A stretch of 64,000 nt of DNA from Auanema rhodensis. Its lineage: Eukaryota; Animalia; Nematoda. The stretch spans positions 124,001 through 188,000 of the forward strand of contig OZ059897.1 in NCBI GenBank assembly GCA_964057225.1, in the 5' to 3' direction. The position numbers and the translations under genes were made by a program. Below are positions 1 to 13,800 of this stretch, piece after piece (the first letter of the stretch is position 1; every line of letters begins with the position of its first letter). The notes below the pieces were generated by a model. It was not told the origin of the DNA. It did not search any database and saw only the letters and a program-made list of their open reading frames with translations.

Positions 1-1232
1 CAAAGTCATGGTTACCATGCACCAATATCAATAAAAATTTGTTTTTAGACTAATATGGACATGGGGAATCTAATTTTGAAAACCGCATCTCTTTATCTTT
101 CACGTGAAGCGAGTTACATACCAAGTGCACATCACGTATACATTTAATTAGCATAAATTAAAGTTTACGTAAATTTCAAAGTCATGGTTACCATGAACCA
201 ATATCAATGAAAATTTGTTTTAAGACTAATATGGACATGGGGAATCTAATTTTGAAAACTGCATCTCTTTATCTTTCACGTGAAGCAAGTTACATACCAA
301 GTGCACATCACGTGTACATTTAATTAGCATAAATTAAAATTCACGTAAATTTCAAAGTCATGGTTACCATGCACCAATATCAATAAAAATTTGTTTTTAG
401 ACTAATATGGACATGGGGAATCTAATTTTGAAAACCGCATCTCTTTATCTTTCACGTGAAGCGAGTTACATACCAAGTGCACATCACGTGTACATTTAAT
501 TAGCATAAATTAAAGTTCACGTAAATTTCAAAGTCATGGTTACCATGCACCAATATCAATAAAAATTTGTTTTTAGACTAATATGGACATGGGGAATCTA
601 ATTTTGAAAACCGCATCTCTTTATCTTTCACGTGAAGCGAGTTACATACCAAGTGCACATCACGTGTACATTTAATTAGCATAAATTAAAGTTCACGTAA
701 ATTTCAAAGTCATGGTTACCATGCACCAATATCAATAAAAATTTGTTTTTAGACTAATATGGACATGGGGAATCTAATTTTGAAAACCGCATCTCTTTAT
801 CTTTCACGTGAAGCGAGTTACATACTAAGTGCACATCACGTGTACATTTAATTAGCATAAATTAAAGTTCACGTAAATTTCAAAGTCATGGTTACCATGC
901 ACCAATATCAATAAAAATTTGTTTTTAGACTAATATGGACATGGGGAATCTAATTTTGAAAACCGCATCTCTTTATCTTTCACGTGAAGCGAGTTACATA
1001 CCAAGTGCACATCACGTGTACATTTAATTAGCATAAATTAAAGTTCACGTAAATTTCAAAGTCATGGTTACCATGAACCAATATCAATAAAAATTTGTTT
1101 TTAGACTAATATGTACATGGGGAATCTAATTTTGAAAACCGCATCTCTTTATCTTTCACGTGAAGCGAGTTACATACCAAGTGCACATCACGTGTACATT
1201 TAATTAGCATAAATTAAAGTTCACGTAAATTT

Positions 1233-4048
1233 CAAAGTCATGGTTACCATGCACCAATATCAATAAAAATTTGTTTTTAGACTAATATGGACATGGGGAA
1301 TCTAATTTTGAAAACCGCATCTCTTTATCTTTCACGTGAAGCGAGTTACATACCAAGTGCACATCACGTGTACATTTAATTAGCATAAATTAAAGTTCAC
1401 GTAAATTTCAAAGTCATGGTTACCATGCACCAATATCAATAAAAATTTGTTTTTAGACTAATATGGACATGGGGAATCTAATTTTGAAAACCGCATCTCT
1501 TTGTCTTTCACGTGAAGCGAGTTACATACCAAGTGCACATCACGTGTACATTTAATTAGCATAAATTAAAGTTCACGTAAATTTCAAAGTCATGGTTACC
1601 ATGAACCAATATCAATAAAAATTTGTTTTTAGACTAATATGGACATGGGGAATCTAATTTTGAAAACCGCATCTCTTTATCTTTCACGTGAAGCGAGTTA
1701 CATACCAAGTGCACATCACGTGTACATTTAATTAGCATAAATTAAAGTTCACGTAAATTTCAAAGTCATGGTTACCATGAACCAATATCAATAAAAATTT
1801 GTTTTTAGACTAATATGGACATGGGGAATCTAATTTTGAAAACCGCATCTCTTTATCTTTCACGTGAAGCAAGTTACATACCAAGTGCACATCACGTGTA
1901 CATTTAATTAGCATAAATTAAAGTTCACGTAAATTTCAAAGTCATGGTTACCATGAAGCAATATCAATAAAAATTTGTTTTTAGACTAATATGGACATGG
2001 GGAATCTAATTTTGAAAACCGCATCTCTTTATCTTTCACGTGAAGCGAGTTACATACCAAGTGCACATCACGTGTACATTTAATTAGCATAAATTAAAGT
2101 TCACGTAAATTTCAAAGTCATGGTTACCATGAACCAATATCAATAAAAATTTGTTTTTAGACTAATATGGACATGGGGAATCTAATTTTGAAAACCGCAT
2201 CTCTTTATCTTTCACGTGAAGCGAGTTACATACCAAGTGCACATCACGTGTACATTTAATTAGCATAAATTAAAGTTCACGTAAATTTCAAAGTCATGGT
2301 TACCATGAAGCAATATCAATAAAAATTTGTTTTTAGACTAATATGGACATGGGGAATCTAATTTTGAAAACCGCATCTCTTTATCTTTCACGTGAAGCGA
2401 GTTACATACCAAGTGCACATCACGTGTACATTTAATTAGCATAAATTAAAGTTCACGTAAATTTCAAAGTCATGGTTACCATGAACCAATATCAATAAAA
2501 ATTTGTTTTTAGACTAATATGGACATGGGGAATCTAATTTTGAAAACCGCATCTCTTTATCTTTCACGTGAAGCGAGTTACATACCAAGTGCACATCACG
2601 TGTACATTTAATTAGCATAAATTAAAGTTCACGTAAATTTCAAAGTCATGGTTACCATGAACCAATATCAATAAAAATTTGTTTTTAGACTAATATGGAC
2701 ATGGGGAATCTAATTTTGAAAACCGCATCTCTTTATCTTTCACGTGAAGCGAGTTACATACCAAGTGCACATCACGTGTACATTTAATTAGCATAAATTA
2801 AAGTTCACGTAAATTTCAAAGTCATGGTTACCATGCACCAATATCAATAAAAATTTGTTTTTAGACTAATATGGACATGGGGAATCTAATTTTGAAAACC
2901 GCATCTCTTTATCTTTCACGTGAAGCGAGTTACATACCAAGTGCACATCACGTGTACATTTAATTAGCATAAATTAAAGTTCACGTAAATTTCAAAGTCA
3001 TGGTTACCATGCACCAATATCAATAAAAATTTGTTTTTAGACTAATATGGACATGGGGAATCTAATTTTGAAAACCGCATCTCTTTGTCTTTCACGTGAA
3101 GCGAGTTACATACCAAGTGCACATCACGTGTACATTTAATTAGCATAAATTAAAGTTCACGTAAATTTCAAAGTCATGGTTACCATGAACCAATATCAAT
3201 AAAAATTTGTTTTTAGACTAATATGGACATGGGGAATCTAATTTTGAAAACCGCATCTCTTTATCTTTCACGTGAAGCGAGTTACATACCAAGTGCACAT
3301 CACGTGTACATTTAATTAGCATAAATTAAAGTTCACGTAAATTTCAAAGTCATGGTTACCATGAACCAATATCAATAAAAATTTGTTTTTAGACTAATAT
3401 GGACATGGGGAATCTAATTTTTAAAACCGCATCTCTTTATCTTTCACGTGAAGCGAGTTACATACCAAGTGCACATCACGTGTACATTTAATTAGCATAA
3501 ATTAAAGTTCACGTAAATTTCAAAGTCATGGTTACCATGAAGCAATATCAATAAAAATTTGTTTTTAGACTAATATGGACATGGGGAATCTAATTTTGAA
3601 AACCGCATCTCTTTATCTTTCACGTGAAGCGAGTTACATACCAAGTGCACATCACGTGTACATTTAATTAGCATAAATTAAAGATCACGTAAATTTCAAA
3701 GTCATGGTTACCATGAACCAATATCAATAAAAATTTGTTTTTAGACTAATATGGACATGGGGAATCTAATTTTGAAAACCGCATCTCTTTATCTTTCACG
3801 TGAAGCGAGTTACATACCAAGTGCACATCACGTGTACATTTAATTAGCATAAATTAAAGTTCACGTAAATTTCAAAGTCATGGTTACCATGAAGCAATAT
3901 CAATAAAAATTTGTTTTTAGACTAATATGGACATGGGGAATCTAATTTTGAAAACCGCATCTCTTTATCTTTCACGTGAAGCGAGTTACATACCAAGTGC
4001 ACATCACGTGTACATTTAATTAGCATAAATTAAAGTTCACGTAAATTT
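1233..4048. repeat. Older 9-monomer (1584-bp) offset duplication in array A
   Basis: The rare CTTTGTCT variant occurs at 1503 and 3087. The allele series at monomer positions 20-22 (CAC,CAC,AAC,AAC,AAG,AAC,AAG) is the same in monomers 8-14 and 17-23, with a few private SNPs in each copy. Confidence 0.7.
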
Positions 4049-7000
4049 CAAAGTCATGGTTACCATGAAGCAATATCAATAAAAATTTGTTTTTAGACTA
4101 ATATGGACATGGGGAATCTAATTTTGAAAACCGCATCTCTTTATCTTTCACGTGAAGCGAGTTACATACCAAGTGCACATCACGTGTACATTTAATTAGC
4201 ATTAATTAAAGTTCACGTAAATTTCAAAGTCATGGTTACCATGCACCAATATCAATAAAAATTTGTTTTTAGACTAATATGGACATGGGGAATCTAATTT
4301 TGAAAACCGCATCTCTTTATCTTTCACGTGAAGCGAGTTACATACCAAGTGCACATCACGTGTACATTTAATTAGCATAAATTAAAGTTCACGTAAATTT
4401 CAAAGTCATGGTTACCATGAACCAATATCAATAAAAATTTGTTTTTAGACTAATATGGACATGGGGAATCTAATTTTGAAAACCGCATCTCTTTATCTTT
4501 CACGTGAAGCGAGTTACATACCAAGTGCACATCACGTGTACATTTAATTAGCATAAATTAAAGTTCACGTAAATTTCAAAGTCATGGTTACCATGAACCA
4601 ATATCAATAAAAATTTGTTTTTAGACTAATATGGACATGGGGAATCTAATTTTGAAAACCGCATCTCTTTATCTTTCACGTGAAGCGAGTTACATACCAA
4701 GTGCACATCACGTGTACATTTAATTAGCATAAATTAAAGTTCACGTAAATTTCAAAGTCATGGTTACCATGAACCAATATCAATAAAAATTTGTTTTTAG
4801 ACTAATATGGACATGGGGAATCTAATTTTGAAAACCGCATCTCTTTATCTTTCACGTGAAGCGAGTTACATACCAAGTGCACATCACGTGTACATTTAAT
4901 TAGCATAAATTAAAGTTCACGTAAATTTCAAAGTCATGGTTACCATGAACCAATATCAATAAAAATTTGTTTTTAGACTAATATGGACATGGGGAATCTA
5001 ATTTTGAAAACCGCATCTCTTTATCTTTCACGTGAAGCGAGTTACATACCAAGTGCACTTCACGTGTACATTTAATTAGCATAAATTAAAGTTCACGTAA
5101 ATTTCAAAGTCATGGTTACCATGAAGCAATATCAATAAAAATTTGTTTTTAGACTAATATGGACATGGGGAATCTAATTTTGAAAACCGCATCTCTTTAT
5201 CTTTCACGTGAAGCGAGTTACATACCAAGTGCACATCACGTGTACATTTAATTAGCATAAATTAAAGTTCACGTAAATTTCAAAGTCATGGTTACCATGC
5301 ACCAATATCAATAAAAATTTGTTTTTAGACTAATATGGACATGGGGAATCTAATTTTGAAAACCGCATCTCTTTATCTTTCACGTGAAGCGAGTTACATA
5401 CCAAGTGCACATCACGTGTACATTTAATTAGCATTAATTAAAGTTCACGTAAATTTCAAAGTCATGGTTACCATGCACCAATATCAATAAAAATTTGTTT
5501 TTAGACTAATATGGACATGGGGAATCTAATTTTGAAAACCGCATCTCTTTATCTTTCACGTGAAGCGAGTTACATACCAAGTGCACATCACGTGTACATT
5601 TAATTAGCATAAATTAAAGTTCACGTAAATTTCAAAGTCATGGTTACCATGAACCAATATCAATAAAAATTTGTTTTTAGACTAATATGGACATGGGGAA
5701 TCTAATTTTGAAAACCGCATCTCTTTATCTTTCACGTGAAGCGAGTTACATACCAAGTGCACATCACGTGTACATTTAATTAGCATAAATTAAAGTTCAC
5801 GTAATTTTCAAAGTCATGGTTACCATGAACCAATATCAATAAAAATTTGTTTTTAGACTAATATGGACATGGGGAATCTAATTTTGAAAACCGCATCTCT
5901 TTATCTTTCACGTGAAGCGAGTTACATACCAAGTGCACATCACGTGTACATTTAATTAGCATAAATTAAAGTTCACGTAAATTTCAAAGTCATGGTTACC
6001 ATGAACCAATATCAATAAAAATTTGTTTTTAGACTAATATGGACATGGGGAATCTAATTTTGAAAACCGCATCTCTTTATCTTTCACGTGAAGCGAGTTA
6101 CATACCAAGTGCACATCACGTGTACATTTAATTAGCATAAATTAAAGTTCACGTAAATTTCAAAGTCATGGTTACCATGAAGCAATATCAATAAAAATTT
6201 GTTTTTAGACTAATATGGACATGGGGAATCTAATTTTGAAAACCGCATCTCTTTATCTTTCACGTGAAGCGAGTTACATACCAAGTGCACATCACGTGTA
6301 CATTTAATTAGCATAAATTAAAGTTCACGTAAATTTCAAAGTCATGGTTACCATGAACCAATATCAATAAAAATTTGTTTTTAGACTAATATTGACATGG
6401 GGAATCTAATTTTGAAAACCGCATCTCTTTATCTTTCACGTGAAGCGAGTTACATACCAAGTGCACATCACGTGTACATTTAATTAGCATAAATTAAAGT
6501 TCACGTAAATTTCAAAGTCATGGTTACCATGAAGCAATATCAATAAAAATTAGTTTTTAGACTAATATGGACATGGGGAATCTAATTTTGAAAACCGCAT
6601 CTCTTTATCTTTCACGTGAAGCGAGTTACATACCAAGTGCACATTACGTGTACATTTAATTAGCATAAATTAAAGTTCACGTAAATTTCAAAGTCATGGT
6701 TACCATGAACCAATATCAATAAAAATTTGTTTTTAGACTAATATGGACATGGGAAATCTAATTTTGAAAACCGCATTTCTTTATCTTTCACGTGAAGCGA
6801 GTTACATACCAAGTGCACATCACGTGTACATTTAATTAGCATAAATTAAAGTTCACGTAAATTTCAAAGTCATGGTTACCATGAAGCAATATCAATAAAA
6901 ATTTGTTTTTAGACTAATATGGACATGGGGAATCTAATTTTGAAAACCGCATCTCTTTATCTTTCACGTGAAGCGAGTTACATACCAAGTGCACATCACG

Positions 7001-10000
7001 TGTACATTTAATTAGCATAAATTAAAGTTCACGTAAATTTCAAAGTCATGGTTACCATGAACCAATATCAATAAAAATTTGTTTTTAGACTAATATGGAC
7101 ATGGGGAATCTAATTTTGAAAACCGCATCTCTTTATCTTTCACGTGAAGCGAGTTACATACCAAGTGCACATCACGTGTACATTTAATTAGCATAAATTA
7201 AAGTTCACGTAAATTTCAAAGTCATGGTTACCATGAACCAATATCAATAAAAATTTGTTTTTAGACTAATATGGACATGGGGAATCTAATTTTGAAAACC
7301 GCATCTCTTTATCTTTCACGTGAAGCGAGTTACATACCAAGTGCACATCACGTGTACATTTAATTAGCATAAATTAAAGTTCACGTAAATTTCAAAGTCA
7401 TGGTTACCATGAAGCAATATCAATAAAAATTTGTTTTTAGACTAATATGGACATGGGGAATCTAATTTTGAAAACCGCATCTCTTTATCTTTCACGTGAA
7501 GCGAGTTACATACCAAGTGCACATCACGTGTACATTTAATTAGCATAAATTAAAGTTCACGTAAATTTCAAAGTCATGGTTACCATGAAGCAATATCAAT
7601 AAAAATTTGTTTTTAGACTAATATGGACATGGGGAATCTAATTTTGAAAACCGCATCTCTTTATCTTTCACGTGAAGCGAGTTACATACCAAGTGCACAT
7701 CACGTGTACATTTAATTAGCATTAATTAAAGTTCACGTAAATTTCAAAGTCATGGTTACCATGCACCAATATCAATAAAAATTTGTTTTTAGACTAATAT
7801 GGACATGGGGAATCTAATTTTGAAAACCGCATCTCTTTATCTTTCACGTGAAGCGAGTTACATACCAAGTGCACATCACGTGTACATTTAATTAGCATAA
7901 ATTAAAGTTCACGTAAATTTCAAAGTCATGGTTACCATGAACCAATATCAATAAAAATTTGTTTTTAGACTAATATGGACATGGGGAATCTAATTTTGAA
8001 AACCGCATCTCTTTATCTTTCACGTGAAGCGAGTTACATACCAAGTGCACATCACGTGTACATTTAATTAGCATAAATTAAAGTTCACGTAAATTTCAAA
8101 GTCATGGTTACCATGAACCAATATCAATAAAAATTTGTTTTTAGACTAATATGGACATGGGGAATCTAATTTTGAAAACCGCATCTCTTTATCTTTCACG
8201 TGAAGCGAGTTACATACCAAGTGCACATCACGTGTACATTTAATTAGCATAAATTAAAGTTCACGTAAATTTCAAAGTCATGGTTACCATGAACCAATAT
8301 CAATAAAAATTTGTTTTTAGACTAATATGGACATGGGGAATCTAATTTTGAAAACCGCATCTCTTTATCTTTCACGTGAAGCGAGTTACATACCAAGTGC
8401 ACATCACGTGTACATTTAATTAGCATAAATTAAAGTTCACGTAAATTTCAAAGTCATGGTTACCATGAACCAATATCAATAAAAATTTGTTTTTAGACTA
8501 ATATGGACATGGGGAATCTAATTTTGAAAACCGCATCTCTTTATCTTTCACGTGAAGCGAGTTACATACCAAGTGCACTTCACGTGTACATTTAATTAGC
8601 ATAAATTAAAGTTCACGTAAATTTCAAAGTCATGGTTACCATGAAGCAATATCAATAAAAATTTGTTTTTAGACTAATATGGACATGGGGAATCTAATTT
8701 TGAAAACCGCATCTCTTTATCTTTCACGTGAAGCGAGTTACATACCAAGTGCACATCACGTGTACATTTAATTAGCATAAATTAAAGTTCACGTAAATTT
8801 CAAAGTCATGGTTACCATGCACCAATATCAATAAAAATTTGTTTTTAGACTAATATGGACATGGGGAATCTAATTTTGAAAACCGCATCTCTTTATCTTT
8901 CACGTGAAGCGAGTTACATACCAAGTGCACATCACGTGTACATTTAATTAGCATTAATTAAAGTTCACGTAAATTTCAAAGTCATGGTTACCATGCACCA
9001 ATATCAATAAAAATTTGTTTTTAGACTAATATGGACATGGGGAATCTAATTTTGAAAACCGCATCTCTTTATCTTTCACGTGAAGCGAGTTACATACCAA
9101 GTGCACATCACGTGTACATTTAATTAGCATAAATTAAAGTTCACGTAAATTTCAAAGTCATGGTTACCATGAACCAATATCAATAAAAATTTGTTTTTAG
9201 ACTAATATGGACATGGGGAATCTAATTTTGAAAACCGCATCTCTTTATCTTTCACGTGAAGCGAGTTACATACCAAGTGCACATCACGTGTACATTTAAT
9301 TAGCATAAATTAAAGTTCACGTAATTTTCAAAGTCATGGTTACCATGAACCAATATCAATAAAAATTTGTTTTTAGACTAATATGGACATGGGGAATCTA
9401 ATTTTGAAAACCGCATCTCTTTATCTTTCACGTGAAGCGAGTTACATACCAAGTGCACATCACGTGTACATTTAATTAGCATAAATTAAAGTTCACGTAA
9501 ATTTCAAAGTCATGGTTACCATGAACCAATATCAATAAAAATTTGTTTTTAGACTAATATGGACATGGGGAATCTAATTTTGAAAACCGCATCTCTTTAT
9601 CTTTCACGTGAAGCGAGTTACATACCAAGTGCACATCACGTGTACATTTAATTAGCATAAATTAAAGTTCACGTAAATTTCAAAGTCATGGTTACCATGA
9701 AGCAATATCAATAAAAATTTGTTTTTAGACTAATATGGACATGGGGAATCTAATTTTGAAAACCGCATCTCTTTATCTTTCACGTGAAGCGAGTTACATA
9801 CCAAGTGCACATCACGTGTACATTTAATTAGCATAAATTAAAGTTCACGTAAATTTCAAAGTCATGGTTACCATGAACCAATATCAATAAAAATTTGTTT
9901 TTAGACTAATATTGACATGGGGAATCTAATTTTGAAAACCGCATCTCTTTATCTTTCACGTGAAGCGAGTTACATACCAAGTGCACATCACGTGTACATT

Positions 10001-10894
10001 TAATTAGCATAAATTAAAGTTCACGTAAATTTCAAAGTCATGGTTACCATGAAGCAATATCAATAAAAATTAGTTTTTAGACTAATATGGACATGGGGAA
10101 TCTAATTTTGAAAACCGCATCTCTTTATCTTTCACGTGAAGCGAGTTACATACCAAGTGCACATTACGTGTACATTTAATTAGCATAAATTAAAGTTCAC
10201 GTAAATTTCAAAGTCATGGTTACCATGAACCAATATCAATAAAAATTTGTTTTTAGACTAATATGGACATGGGAAATCTAATTTTGAAAACCGCATTTCT
10301 TTATCTTTCACGTGAAGCGAGTTACATACCAAGTGCACATCACGTGTACATTTAATTAGCATAAATTAAAGTTCACGTAAATTTCAAAGTCATGGTTACC
10401 ATGAAGCAATATCAATAAAAATTTGTTTTTAGACTAATATGGACATGGGGAATCTAATTTTGAAAACCGCATCTCTTTATCTTTCACGTGAAGCGAGTTA
10501 CATACCAAGTGCACATCACGTGTACATTTAATTAGCATAAATTAAAGTTCACGTAAATTTCAAAGTCATGGTTACCATGAACCAATATCAATAAAAATTT
10601 GTTTTTAGACTAATATGGACATGGGGAATCTAATTTTGAAAACCGCATCTCTTTATCTTTCACGTGAAGCGAGTTACATACCAAGTGCACATCACGTGTA
10701 CATTTAATTAGCATAAATTAAAGTTCACGTAAATTTCAAAGTCATGGTTACCATGAACCAATATCAATAAAAATTTGTTTTTAGACTAATATGGACATGG
10801 GGAATCTAATTTTGAAAACCGCATCTCTTTATCTTTCACGTGAAGCGAGTTACATACCAAGTGCACATCACGTGTACATTTAATTAGCATAAAT
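3685..10894. repeat. 20-monomer (3520-bp) tandem duplication in array A
   Basis: Diagnostic variants recur exactly 3520 bp apart: GCATTAATT 4203/7723, GCACTT 5059/8579, ATTGAC 6393/9913, AATTAG 6552/10072. Confidence 0.93.
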
Positions 10895-13800
10895 CAAAGT
10901 TCACGTAAATTTCAAAGTCATGGTTACCATGAACCAATATCAATAAAAATTTGTTTTTAGACTAATATGGACATGGGGAATCTAATTTTGAAAACCGCAT
11001 CTCTTTATCTTTCACGTGAAGCGAGTTACATACCAAGTGCACATCACGTGTACATTTAATTAGCATTAATTAAAGTTCACGTAAATTTCAAAGTCATGGT
11101 TACCATGCACCAATATCAATAAAAATTTGTTTTTAGACTAATATGGACATGGGGAATCTAATTTTGAAAACCGCATCTCTTTATCTTTCACGTGAAGCGA
11201 GTTACATACCAAGTGCACATCACGTGTACATTTAATTAGCATTAATTAAAGTTCACGTAAATTTCAAAGTCATGGTTACCATGAACCAATATCAATAAAA
11301 ATTTGTTTTTAGACTAATATGGACATGGGGAATCTAATTTTGAAAACCGCATCTCTTTATCTTTCACGTGAAGCGAGTTACATACCAAGTGCACATCACG
11401 TGTACATTTAATTAGCATAAATTAAAGTTCACGTAAATTTCAAAGTCATGGTTACCATGAACCAATATCAATAAAAATTTGTTTTTAGACTAATATGGAC
11501 ATGGGGAATCTAATTTTGAAAACCGCATTTCTTTATCTTTCACGTGAAGCGAGTTACATACCAAGTGCACATCACGTGTACATTTAATTAGCATAAATTA
11601 AAGTTCACGTAAAATTCAAAGTCATGGTTACCATGAACCAATATCAATAAAAATTTGTTTTTAGACTAAAATGGACATGGGGAATCTAATTTGGAAAACC
11701 GCATCTCTTTATCTTTCACGCGAAGCCAGTTACATACCAAGTGCACATCACGTGTACATTTAATTAGCATAAATTAAAGTTCACGTAAATTTCAAAGTCA
11801 TGGTTACCATGAACCAATATCAATAAAAATTCGTTTTTAGACTAATATGGACATGGGGAATCTAATTTTGAAAACCGCATCTCTTTATCTTTCACGTGAA
11901 GCGAGTTACATACCAAGTGCACATCACGTGTACATTTAATTAGCATAAATTAAAGTTCACGTAAATTTCAAAGTCATGGTTACCATGAAGCAATATCAAT
12001 AAAAATTTGTTTTTAGACTAATATGGACATGGGGAATCTAATTTTGAAAACCGCATCTCTTTATCTTTCACGTGAAGCGAGTTACATACCAAGTGCACAT
12101 CACGTGTACATTTAATTAGCATAAATTAAAGTTCACGTAAAATTCAAAGTCATGGTTACCATGAACCAATATCAATAAAAATTTGTTTTTAGACTAAAAT
12201 GGACATGGGGAATCTAATTTGGAAAACCGCATCTCTTTATCTTTCACGCGAAGCCAGTTACATACCAAGTGCACATCACGTGTACATTTAATTAGCATAA
12301 ATTAAAGTTCACGTAAATTTCAAAGTCATGGTTACCATGAACCAATATCAATAAAAATTCGTTTTTAGACTAATATGGACATGGGGAATCTAATTTTGAA
12401 AACCGCATCTCTTTATCTTTCACGTGAAGCGAGTTACATACCAAGTGCACATCACGTGTACATTTAATTAGCATAAATTAAAGTTCACGTAAATTTCAAA
12501 GTCATGGTTACCATGAAGCAATATCAATAAAAATTTGTTTTTAGACTAATATGGACATGGGGAATCTAATTTTGAAAACCGCATCTCTTTATCTTTCACG
12601 TGAAGCGAGTTACATACCAAGTGCACATCACGTGTACATTTAATTAGCATAAATTAAAGTTCACGTAAATTTCAAAGTCATGGTTACCATGAACCAATAT
12701 CAATAAAAATTTGTTTTTAGACTAATATGGACATGGGGAATCTAATTTTGAAAACCGCATCTCTTTATCTTTCACGTGAAGCGAGTTACATACCAAGTGC
12801 ACATCACGTGTACATTTAATTAGCATAAATTAAAGTTCACGTAAATTTCAAAGTCATGGTTACCATGAACCAATATCAATAAAAATTTGTTTTTAGACTA
12901 ATATGGACATGGGGAATCTAATTTTGAAAACCGCATCTCTTTATCTTTCACGTGAAGCGAGTTACATACCAAGTGCACATCACGTGTACATTTAATTAGC
13001 ATAAATTAAAGTTCACGTAAATTTCAAAGTCATGGTTACCATGAAGCAATATCAATAAAAATTTGTTTTTAGACTAATATGGACATGGGGAATCTAATTT
13101 TGAAAACCGCATCTCTTTATCTTTCACGTGAAGCGAGTTACATACCAAGTGCACATCACGTGTACATTTAATTAGCATAAATTAAAGTTCACGTAAATTT
13201 CAAAGTCATGGTTACCATGAAGCAATATCAATAAAAATTTGTTTTTAGACTAATATGGACATGGGGAATCTAATTTTGAAAACCGCATCTCTTTATCTTT
13301 CACGTGAAGCGAGTTACATACCAAGTGCACATCACGTGTACATTTAATTAGCATTAATTAAAGTTCACGTAAATTTCAAAGTCATGGTTACCATGCACCA
13401 ATATCAATAAAAATTTGTTTTTAGACTAATATGGACATGGGGAATCTAATTTTGAAAACCGCATCTCTTTATCTTTCACGTGAAGCGAGTTACATACCAA
13501 GTGCACATCACGTGTACATTTAATTAGCATAAATTAAAGTTCACGTAAATTTCAAAGTCATGGTTACCATGAACCAATATCAATAAAAATTTGTTTTTAG
13601 ACTAATATGGACATGGGGAATCTAATTTTGAAAACCGCATCTCTTTATCTTTCACGTGAAGCGAGTTACATACCAAGTGCACATCACGTGTACATTTAAT
13701 TAGCATAAATTAAAGTTCACGTAAATTTCAAAGTCATGGTTACCATGAACCAATATCAATAAAAATTTGTTTTTAGACTAATATGGACATGGGGAATCTA

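Noticed and set aside
1-176. Assignment to a known family (Brassica CentBr 176, Arabidopsis CEN178, alpha satellite; Drosophila 359 bp or Tribolium TCAST for array B)
   Set aside because: Only the lengths are similar. I recognise no diagnostic sequence, and a database search is needed.
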